This document shows, piece after piece, positions 36,300-46,623 of a DNA stretch of 64,000 nt. This stretch comes from Penicillus capitatus (lineage: Eukaryota; Plantae; Chlorophyta): contig OZ287705.1 of the NCBI GenBank assembly GCA_965649825.1, positions 1-64,000 of the forward strand. The letters are read 5' to 3'. The notes below the pieces were generated by a model, which was not told the DNA's origin, ran no database searches, and was given only the letters and a program-made list of their open reading frames with translations. Made by a program: the position numbers and the translations under genes. The first letter of the stretch is position 1, and every line of letters begins with the position of its first letter.

Positions 36300-36731
36300 T
36301 CTGCCAATCTCGCACCGGACACCGTGCACTAATGACTGCACGACTGTAGATCGTCGATTCTTCGTAGCTGTTCTTTACCCATCCCATTTTTGGTCCATCT
36401 CATTGTGAAGACCTGAAGCAAATCGTCAAACCATGGATTTTATTCTTTCCCGGTTTCTGTAACGCAGATCTACCCATCTTTGCCAACACCTGGAGAATCT
36501 CCCAGAGATCAAACGTCTTCATGACAAATGATCGTCTGTCTTTTTCTAGACATCGGCGGTGTCTGAATGTATTCTTTCGAATGACCTCAGTCCTGTTCTC
36601 GACAGAGAGGTGCCTGCTTATGTATTAGCCAGCTATCGTCTACGCGACACATTAACCAATGCTCGTAACACACCAACGATTCCCTGCATTAAAATGTCAC
36701 TGTTTTTTAAGAACAGCCAAAATAGAACATC
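36300..36731. repeat. Conserved 3' flank of PPR cassette (gene X remnant), copy 2
   Basis: Colinear with 8300-8720, 46200-46623 and 58550-58961. Confidence 0.85.
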
Positions 36732-38417
36732 TCAAACGAGCTGCAAAGCACTCAAGTGTTCTTGAATCGCTTCATTCGGCTCCACTTTCGCTTCCTTCAT
36801 GTATTCGTGAACTGTCTTCGCGTGTTCTGTGTCACTCTTCTGGGCACAGTGTGCCAACACAGCCTCATACGGGCCCTCGGTCGGCGTAACCTGCTCATTC
36901 TTCTGCACAACCTTCAGTACTTGCACGGCATCGTCTACACGATCGTGGTCCAATAAAAGTCGAATCATGGACTCTGTCATCCCGATAGATGGCCAATGAT
37001 CCCCTTCCGTAAAATCATTCCAGCACTCAAGCGCACGCTCCACATCGGATGCCTTGAGGCACATGGTAAGCCATGTCTTGTAGCCACGGTACGTCAACGA
37101 GATACCCAACGATTTCATCGTCTTCACCACTTCAGATACTTCCGTCATAGCTTCTTCCTGAGAATAGGTGCCATTCTCCCACAGACGCCGAACAATCTCT
37201 AGCTGTGCACCGAAGTTCTTTTCGCTACGGCCAGCTCCATCCATGTCGTTTGTACACAGCTTCTTCAAGAAGCCCAACGCCTTGCTCATATCTCCTTTCT
37301 TCTCATAGAGCTCTATGACGCCGACGAATGTTATGTAGGATAATTCCACATTGAGCTGCTTCATGCGATCGAGGCAAAAGACAATGTGCGTCTCAAGTTC
37401 CTCATCTGTCAGCTCCAAATCCGCCAACGATCGGATAAGAAAATAAAACGAGGGACGAACGATTGTCACATCGCCGCTGAGAGATTCATTCAAGTAACGG
37501 AGCGCGTCTTTTGACCGTCCCAGTTTGCCGCACAGCTTGATAAGAGGCACATAAGTGAACACTTCAGGTTTAATCTCCATAGATCTCATCAATACCATTA
37601 AGTCCTTGCACTCCTGCAGGTACGTCTCGCCAGTGGCACTGTCGACGTTTTCGGCATAGACCGCCAACAGGACATTGAGACTTCGCACATCTCCTCCAAA
37701 TTTATCGACCAGTTCATTGAATGTCCTTCGAGCACGATCTACATCTTTCCCGCTTCCGCAGACACTGATCAGCGTACGATATACCAATACATCAGGCTGA
37801 ATCGCATAGTCCTTCTGCATCGCGTAAAATTCCTCAAATGCAGCGTCAACTTCGCCAGTGATTGAGTAGGCGTAGATGAGGGTAGTGAACAGGAACTTGT
37901 CTGGCATCAACCCTGACGTCACGACATCCTGAAACATGCGTTTCACCATTGCCACATTGCTCTTTCGCGAGTAGGCTTTCATGACCGCTACGTAGATCTG
38001 GACGTCGATCGCAACTTCACGAGTTTTCATTTCTTCGAACAGATCGATGATGCGAGAGTATGAGTGGTCACGCATCAGACGACTCATTTCACGACCGTAA
38101 TCAGCTGTGTTTCTGAGTAGACGGGGTTTCTTCCGCATGAAATCATCCAGCTCTAGGTTCTGCTCTTCTGGGGCGGCATGAAACCTGCGGAGTTGCATAG
38201 TTCCCGTCCAGCACAACGCCATTTCGGCGCCTGTGCATTTTGGGTGGCGGGACGAGCATCTGCGTAGGGTAGCGCAAAGAGGACCGACTGGCGGAATGGC
38301 AGATCGTGTCGGGGCGGCGCCTTCGTTGGCGAAAGGCGTTGGCAGAACGGCAAAGAAACGTGAACGAAAGAGCCAACGCCCGACGTCGGCGTAGTTTCGC
38401 GCAGAGCGGCGCATCAT
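36732..38417 (-). CDS. P-type PPR protein, copy 2 (561 aa)
   Basis: Intronless and colinear with copy 1. 1-aa and 4-aa deletions; most similar to copy 4. Confidence 0.95.
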   Translation of the reverse strand: MMRRSARNYADVGRWLFRSRFFAVLPTPFANEGAAPTRSAIPPVGPLCATLRRCSSRHPKCTGAEMALCWTGTMQLRRFHAAPEEQNLELDDFMRKKPRLLRNTADYGREMSRLMRDHSYSRIIDLFEEMKTREVAIDVQIYVAVMKAYSRKSNVAMVKRMFQDVVTSGLMPDKFLFTTLIYAYSITGEVDAAFEEFYAMQKDYAIQPDVLVYRTLISVCGSGKDVDRARRTFNELVDKFGGDVRSLNVLLAVYAENVDSATGETYLQECKDLMVLMRSMEIKPEVFTYVPLIKLCGKLGRSKDALRYLNESLSGDVTIVRPSFYFLIRSLADLELTDEELETHIVFCLDRMKQLNVELSYITFVGVIELYEKKGDMSKALGFLKKLCTNDMDGAGRSEKNFGAQLEIVRRLWENGTYSQEEAMTEVSEVVKTMKSLGISLTYRGYKTWLTMCLKASDVERALECWNDFTEGDHWPSIGMTESMIRLLLDHDRVDDAVQVLKVVQKNEQVTPTEGPYEAVLAHCAQKSDTEHAKTVHEYMKEAKVEPNEAIQEHLSALQLV

Positions 38418-38436
38418 GGGCGTTTCTCACGTCCTC

Positions 38437-38545
38437 CGTCAGACGTGACGTATAAAGGGATCTGCCGAAGATGATTTCTTCGATTTTCTTACTAACGTTT
38501 CTACGGTTCGAACGACGATAAGCGCGCGAGCTGCGAAAGATGCAG
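38437..38545 (+). promoter_or_regulatory. Divergent promoter element plus a very short remnant of the BRE1 5' end
   Basis: CGTCAGACGTGACGTATAAAGGG...CTAACGTTTCTACGGTTCGAACGACGATAAG homologous to 10441-10530. Confidence 0.55.
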
Positions 38546-39236
38546 TAGTCACGTCACCTGCCGTAGCCATCCGAGACGGTTGGGTTGGCGCAGAACCACT
38601 CTGGCGAGCTGATTATCGGTTGCGACGGTTGTTAGCCTCCGACCTGGCTGTTCAATAACCATCAGGGAATGGATACAGAGCGAGGCCTGAAGTTCGCAGT
38701 CGTTAGACGTAAGGTTAGGAATGCCGCAACCACCCTGAATATTTAATGGCGACAGCATCATGTAACTAATCTCGAGTTCCTGTGTTATCTATCTTCTGCG
38801 TGCGTTATTATCGTCGTCGCGAACTTATAGACTCTGAGTTTTTAAAGCTCGTTTACAAGATCCCCGACAAGAGCGGCTGAAAGGTGAGCGTTCGTAGTCT
38901 GCTTTACAGTTAGTTTATTGAAACATCCAATCAGAGAGAGACGGCGAGGCGATCATGCAACGGACACGACGTGACGCTTGCTGCGTCTATTAGGCGTGCA
39001 TGATGCAGGCATGCCGCATTCTTGATCGGTGAAGTATTTGCGGCGAATTCTTGACCGCTGTCGACAACATATTTGACACAAGTGGCTACTGACTGTCTGG
39101 CGTTTTTCATGAAGAAATCATGAAATAGGATCCTGATTGAGCAGAATTTAGTAGAAGAAAGCAAATCTATTCGAACACTTAGTGCTTCGATCGTACTTCT
39201 TCAGGGAACCAATAACAACGTCAGCAATGATCGCAC

Positions 39237-41665
39237 TCATGCACTGTATGCTGAACGAATTCTGTTTGGCTGCTGACGTCGCTGAGAGAAGTGGAAAAAG
39301 ACATCTCTGAGACCAGCGGCTTTGGTCTTTTGATGCCCTCCCGAGAAGAGATACTTGTAAGCAGGTCGCTCCGGTGTCGCCCAGTAGCATTCTCTTGTGA
39401 CGCCCAGGTCTCCGTCGCCCATGGCTAGATGAAACCATCCGCGGATCCCCCAGAATGTCCCCCAGCTGTTGCGTCCGATCCAAAACTTCTTGCCATTTCG
39501 CTCGTCCCATCCAGAGAGGACAACGAATTGGCTGGAAGGACTGCCACTCTTACAGGCGCCAGGATCACTGAAGATGCCACTCTGGTAGGAATGGAATGCC
39601 CTGGATTCGCAAATGCGGCAGGCAACGGGACCATTCTGCGCAATCTCCTGCATCACAGCCCGATCTCCAGAGATCTGTAGAACCACCACGTAAACCTCAG
39701 CAGTAGACGAGATCAAGGAACATTACCTTTCCGTGCGATGAAATGCTGTATGGTGTGAATTCTCCTGCTTCCACGGCGAAGCATTGCCATCGCGGACAGA
39801 TCTTACAGATGTGAATGGCATCACATTTGAGGGGCTTTCCTTCATACACTGCGCAGGACTCGTCTGGAATGGCGTGCTTCTTAACGTACTCATAGGCATC
39901 ACTCGGATCTCTGCCGTCACACTTTCCATTCGACGATGCACAGTTTAGCAGAACCTAGACGCAGAAGCACTCAGCCGAGAGAAGATGTGTGAGACGAGAT
40001 GCACTTGGACTGCGAGAACGACTTGTGGATAGGTCAATCCTTTGAGCAGGGTGAAACGATCGTTCAGAGCGGAGGTCGCTGCCTGGGCCCAGGAAGACTC
40101 ACAAAACACTGGGCTGTGTTGATTGCGATCGATTGAAGCGTAACTGATGCCATTGATATCACGAATGTCATACTTCACTGGAATGTCTGTAACCTTCACC
40201 GTTTTCCCGTGCTGCCCTGAAGATGAACTCTCTTTCTGCTCTTCGGCATGATACTTTAGAAGATACTCTCCCCACGGCACATCCCTAGATGTCAGAGTGT
40301 TCCTTGACAGTTTTGCGGGAAGTGTGCGACTTTGGCAGAGGGTCGCTGGGCTGGAGTTCATCTGGGATGACAGGCGTTGCGAAGGTGCAGCCGTTTTCGA
40401 CGCCCAGACCGAGGAAGAAGCTCGATCGGGCGATTCGGAAATACCCGTTCTCTCCCCAATATGTGCCCCAACTGTTGCGTGCAATCCAATACCTGCAAAC
40501 GTCACATCATCTAAGATCTCTCTCTGGCCTAGAGGTCTCTCACTTGGAGCCATTTTCCTCTCCCCATCCGACGAGACTCACGAGGTGATTCACCGAAACC
40601 CAAACGCCAAACTAAGCAGAAATATAGCTCAAATTGAAATGAGATGGAGATGTGACGGTTCGCACTTGACGGAAGATTCCTCCTGTGTAGTTGTCGAACT
40701 TCTTCGTTGCAAAGATTTCGCACGACACAGGGCCACGAAAGTAGATCTCTGCCATGATCTTCTGAGTGCGAGATACGCGGCTGTTTTGATCGTCATAGTC
40801 CCCTCCGCCGTTCACATGGCCAAAGTCTTCGATGAAGTAACGGCGGTACTGATCCACTGCGGAGCACGTGTTGTGCTGTCCCAACTTCTCACACTTCTCA
40901 CACACTCCATGCGGTTCGCATCTGTTATCCCTTGCTTGATAATTTTGACAGCTCTCATCGGGCAGACCGTGCTTTGCAATATAGCGATAAACGCCGCCAA
41001 CAGTACCGCCCTTTGTAGGAATAAGATCAGAAGACAGCGAGGATATGAAGGAGAGCACTTGGCAGGTTCCGCCTCCACGGCAGTTGATGAGAACCTGTGG
41101 TGCAAGGTTGACCTCGGGGAAGGCGTTGCGACGCTCAATCTTCATTCTGTCGGAAATGGCAGAGGTTGTGCCGAACGCCCAGCAACTGCCACAGAATCTG
41201 CGCCATCCAGATGCATTCAATCTCTTCTCAGATGTGATTACCGTGGATGCTGGTTGCGTGAGACAGTCAGATAGTTGACGCCGTGGATGTCTCCCCAGAA
41301 GAATTCCTTTGGCAGTGTGGCGACGTCCATGATCTCATGGCCGCGTCGTCTTCGAGAATTGACTCTTTCGACTGCAGACAGCCAGCAGCACACACGATGA
41401 GAAGCTGATGGGATGCTGGCGTACCTCGGTCGTAGATGCCGTTGGTGCAGAGCCCTCCGGCGAAGACACTCGTGTCCGGTGTCTAGGAACGGCAGTGGTT
41501 GGGTTGCGTGCCGCTTCGCGACGGCGTTACCTTGGGAGGCAGGATACACTCGCCGCCCTCTAGGATCGTATCGAGTTCCTCCAGGGACGCATTCGCTCCA
41601 TCGTGTTCGGCCAGGAAGCTGCCGACGAGCAACGCCGTCACAGCACAGACAATACTGCGTCGCAT
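39237..41665 (-). CDS. CTSZ: Double-domain cathepsin Z/X-like papain protease (domain 1 active, domain 2 inactive), with signal peptide
   Basis: Domain 1: LPKEFFWGDIHGVNYLTVSRNQH.R.FCGSCWAFG, VNHLVSLVGWG, WIARNSWG. Domain 2: IPVKYDIRDINGISYASIDRNQHSPVFCESSWAQ, SQFVVLSGW, WIGRNSWG. Confidence 0.88.
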
Positions 41666-42427
41666 GTTTAGTCAGACGAGGTGCAAAGAAATGAGGTAAT
41701 GGATGGAATCCGTGACGCGGCGGTCGCTTTCGATGTGCAAATGATCGTCATCCAGAACATAACTCTGTCGGCTTTTATCTTTCACAGGTGCAACATACCC
41801 TTGCGGATTTCCCTGTATGGACCAAGACGGTATCTAGAGTGTTGGCGCGTCCTCAAGTGACGCCTGACAGCGGAAGGACGCACGACGACGCCGAAAACCG
41901 ACGGACCAAACACGGCTAAAGTGTATTCAAGAAACGAGCTCAGACACTACTGTGCAAACTCGTGATCAGGCAATTCGACGACATGCTCATCAAGAAGCAT
42001 TCGTTGTGTGAGAAGGAGAATGTCCTCCTATGTGAAATGACATGTGTTAGGTCTTGCACTGGGCAGCCGTTGTTTTCTTTCTGTTGGCTTACTTCGAAGA
42101 GGTAGCAACAGTAGAGGGTATGTGTGCCTGCATCGAGCCTTTGTGTTATTGCTCATTCTCATACTCAATGCTTTTGTGAGCGTCCGGCAAGATCCCAACG
42201 CCGAATGTCTCTATGTAAAAGACTGCGTTTCCGAGTCCTGAATCTAGCGCCCATCTAAGAGATTAAGTTATCTCTTAAGGGATTCGTCTAGATGATGATC
42301 AAATGCCTTTCTCGGAGACATCTGGAGTTAAGCGGAACTGGCGAAGTGGAGATCGATGGGCTCGATTTCGATAAGAGCAATCGTTCAATTAGAATCGATT
42401 GAGCGAGCTCGGTCCAATCAGAAATTC

Positions 42428-42589
42428 GATTGTCGTCGATCGATCTCAATCGAAGAGAACCCAAGTAAATAACGGGTCTATCGCTCTTCATCAAGAACGT
42501 ACGATTGTCGTCGATCGATCTCAATCGATAAGAACCCAATTAGATAACAAGTCTATCGCTCTTCATCAAGAACGTACGATTGTCGTCGA
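42428..42589. repeat. 75-bp tandem repeat (~2.1 copies) in an AT-rich, CGATCG-rich island
   Basis: GATTGTCGTCGA starts at 42428, 42503 and 42578. Confidence 0.9.
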
Positions 42590-44050
42590 CATCGTCTATT
42601 GTCGACGAAGTCTTGTTAATAAACCTCAAAGATGTCATATCGTCTCATCGCATACATTCGAAAAGATTGTCGCTCAAGAATTGCATTCGATCGATACGAA
42701 AGTTTCGGAAAACGTCGAGATCGATCGATCGATCGTTGTGAATCGTCAGTCACTAAAAAGAATTGCATAGACGAGTTCGATGACTATTTCGATGATTGGC
42801 GATTGGAAAAGTAAATCGCTTCGACGAATGCTGTCACACGTAGATGTGCAAACGTTCTTACGTGATCGAATCTAGGTCTGTCAACCAGTAGGCATGTCAA
42901 TGCGCGTTCGACATCACAATGCTTAGCACAGAGGGCATCCTTTTAAAGAAAGATCTTTCAGGCCGATCGCTTTCGATTCCTTGCCGATCATCATCAGCAC
43001 ACGATGAAGAAAGCAATAGAAGAAAGTGTGGAAAGGTCTGTTTCTAAAAGAACTAAGACAAAAGTGTCAGGCTTTTCCATACCGACAAAGATTTCAAGGG
43101 TCTTTTTACGAAAAATAGGCGGCTTATAATATGTTACTGTTCACTGTACGCTTTCGATCTTATCGATCTCTTTGCAACAGTCACTACAAAAAGGCGTAAA
43201 AAATTCAATCTCCTAATCGATATGACTGGACGTGGCGTTCGATTGATCGATCGGCGCGATCGATGATAGTGGCAGCGCGATTTTTTAACGGACCTAAGAA
43301 AAGACGCGAAAGGTTTTCTCTAATGCGACGTTTTCGACGTCGATCGCGATCACGGAGAACACATAGACACTCCGGTTTTGGTGCTGCAAACGATCACGAT
43401 TCCGTGGTAGCTAAGATTCGCATTCGTGGCCGCAAATGGAAGTTGAAAATTGCGATCGTTAATGCCACATTTGTCGAGATGGAGACTCGATTGAATTGTC
43501 GAAGTTGTGATGTCTGATCATCACCTGATGCGGAGACGCTCGCATAATGGCTGCGTTGATGGTAGTTTTCTGTTGTATTCGTTGGCTATTTCCGTATCGA
43601 ACTGAAATCGTCCGCCAACAACCATCGCCTAAGGAAGCGACGTCTTGTCATATCGATTATACCGTTGATCTGACTTTGAACCTCCCGACTTGCGCCGATT
43701 AATCGTTTCAAAGTTCGTTCTCGTCAGACACCCTCCGCCATCTTCGTCTGTCGAGAGGTCGGACGAGATCATCAGCTCCGAGATGACGATTTACTTGCTT
43801 CTTACTAAATTTGTTTTGCGTTGTATAGACAACAACGGGAGTCGACAAAAGAGATTGATGGAAAGAGAGTTCTGCGAACCTTGTGCTGCCGAGCAGTAAG
43901 CCATCTAAAATGAAGGTACCGCGCCTGCAGGTGCACGTGACGCATATAATCAAACCTCGCACAGCAGAATCACCTTAAAACCGATCTGTACTCTACGATC
44001 GTGTCGCATCCCATCGCATCCCATCGGACATGTCGACATTGCCATTACGG

Positions 44051-44357
44051 CACCTCCGGCCTTCTCCGACCGCGGGCGACCAGAGGCGGCGGACCGCTTA
44101 CTCTGAGTGATGCGGGCGATGTGATGTTCACGGTGCGGAACGCGCGTCATTCGCGTTCCTAGCCTCCCCCGCGGTCGAGGGCGTTGTCAGCGTTGCTACG
44201 TGTGGCGCACCCGTCCACCTCCGGCCGCTGGCGACCAGAGGCGGCGGGCCGCTTACTCTGGGTGATGCGTTTGATGTGACATTTGCACAGCGGAAGTCGT
44301 GTTGCTTGTGTTCTTGGCCTCCTCCTACGGTCGAGGGCGTCGTATGCGTTACTACGC
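44051..44357. repeat. Imperfect ~160-bp direct repeat (2 copies)
   Basis: CACCTCCGGCC..GCGACCAGAGGCGGCGG.CCGCTTACTCTG.GTGATGCG..GGTCGAGGGCGT at 44051 and 44216. Confidence 0.8.
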
Positions 44358-44626
44358 ATACGGCGTCCTCGGCCGTACCTTCTTTCCATGCATGCGCGTT
44401 ACACCTGAATCTGCGCGTCATGCGACTTCTCGGTTTTCGGCGACGGGGCAGTCGTTCGGGGCACTGTCTTCGGCGTTGGATAGCGGGTCTCCGTAGATGC
44501 CTTCTTTCCAAGTCTCAACTCAAGCGACGTCCTCTGTGGGAAGTTGCCCGTGTTACAGTGAAGTGGCGCGAACTTGGTTGAGGCGTTCTGCGACGGCGCT
44601 TTCGGCGGCGACTGGGCGGAGGGTTG

Positions 44627-45552
44627 ACATGTGCGGCGGCATGGTCGCCCATGACGCAGGGTGAACGGATAACGCGCGGCCCTGCCTTGCTCGTTCGTGC
44701 AGGCGTGGATGCGGCAGGCCATTAAGTGGATGCGGGTAGGCAGTGATGGGCTCCGGAGGATCTGGCGAGAAACGCAGCTCATCGGGTGACGAAGCCATGG
44801 CGCTCGGTAGGAGGCGAAAACGAACGTGCAACGAGATGCGAAGCTCGGTAACAAGCAAGAGGCTCGGTAATAGGTCAGTCGGTGCTTGTGGCAATGCTGC
44901 TGGCGCTTTTATAGTCCACAACGAAGGGACTTCCTCGTTTGACGAGGCAACATAGCCGGATCTGAGCCACCGCTCTGTGTTTGTCGTCCGTCGCCGGTGA
45001 GCTGCCGCTGCCTCTCTGATAAAGTTCGCACCAGTCGTCCAACCGCAAGCTTCTTCGTTGCATCGTTTGCTGAAGCGCCTAGGGACGGATGGAACGAGGC
45101 GCGACTGCCTCGGGATCGACAGCAAGACGCCAGATGCACAGAAAAACGTCCTATCGGGATATGTCAAGGCAAAAGTCGCAGTTGGCGCTCGTGCCATGGC
45201 CCAAACGCGCCTTCGTCGACCAGATTGTCTTCCAGCCACCACATCACCATCCTCGTCCACGACCTCTTCTTCGGCGACGGTAGCTGCTCTCTGCGCCGTT
45301 CGGGTTAGCCATGTCTAGCATGAACGTGACAAAGTCCAGTGCTAGTTTGTCTACTGCTTCGCAGCAAATAGGCACGTGGACGCTAAGCTCTTGCGTTGCA
45401 GCCCAGCGTTCGACAGGGGACACCAACCTTCTTCCTTCTAGTCTGTGCAGTGTGTGTAAGATCCTGCCTCAAAGACAAGGCATTCAGGGCTTCCTTCTCT
45501 TGGAATCCTCTCTATGCATCTACAGAAAACGGAAAGTCGTTCAAGATCATAC
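44627..45552. repeat. ~0.93-kb dispersed direct repeat, copy 2
   Basis: Nearly identical to 557-1482. Reads TGT...ACA from 44630 to 45553. Confidence 0.95.
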
Positions 45553-46029
45553 ACCATGGGGGTGTTCTCTCGCCTACAGATTGCTTTGCTGTGTTTCAAA
45601 ACATCGTATACTTAAACGACGGTGTCCAATCTTGGAAGTGTTTCCAAATAGAATTTGAGGCATGTTGGATACCCCGTCGAGATGTTTCTCCCCATGAACC
45701 CGCATTGCATGCATTTGCTATCCAGAGATTCAACGAGGAATCTGTTCCGACGAGTATACAGGTGCAAACGGCGTGCTGATCGTGAGTGGAGAGAGTTTTT
45801 TTATCGACCGCCGATGACGACGCACTCTTCCGGCGGTTTCCAAGTCGAATTATCTGTGTAAGGCGTCTCTAGCGTCTCGTTGTCTTCGCAGCACGCACGT
45901 AGTGCTTGCCACACAGCACTTGCGTATTCCTGTTCTCGTCGGCATTGACATTTGCGGTTTTTGCATGAAAAGCTTGTTTCGACTGTGAAGGACCCACTCC
46001 CATTGGATTCGCGCGAGAGATTTTTGTGC

Positions 46030-46623
46030 ACGTCGGTTCTTTGAAATGAACTTGTGTTTCGTTCACAGATGGATCTTCAAGAGTCACGAAACCTAGGACA
46101 AGAAGACAGTAATAGTCGTTCTTATCGTTTGATCTTCGTTGTAACACTTACGCGTCAGTGCGACAGATGGACGGCTGATTCTCCGCTGAACAATCTCCTC
46201 TGTTCACGTCATCAGCCAATCTCGCATCGGACATCGTGCACTAATGACTGCACGACAGTAGATCGTTGATTCTTCGCAGCTGTTCTTTACCCATCCCATT
46301 TTTGGTCCATCTCATTGTGAAGACCTGAAGCAAATCGTCAAACCATGGCTCTCATCCTTTCCGGTTTCTGTAATGCAGATCTATCCATCCTCGACAACAA
46401 CTGACGAATCCCCAGAAATCGAATGTTTTCATGACAAATGATCATCTGTCGTTTTTCCAGAGATGGACGAAATCTGAATGTGTTCTTCTCGACAGAGAGG
46501 TGTCTACGTATGTGTTATCCATCTATCGTTTACGCGACATATTAACCGACGCTCGTAACACACCAACGATTCCCTGCATGAAAATGTCACCGTTTTGTAA
46601 AAACGCCATCAAAATAGAACATC
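46030..46623. repeat. Conserved 3' flank of PPR cassette (gene X remnant), copy 3
   Basis: Colinear with 58360-58961 and, over its right part, with 8262-8720. Confidence 0.85.

Noticed and set aside
42428-42589. 75-bp repeats as a CRISPR-like array
   Set aside because: Eukaryotic context, head-to-tail units without unique spacers, no cas genes.
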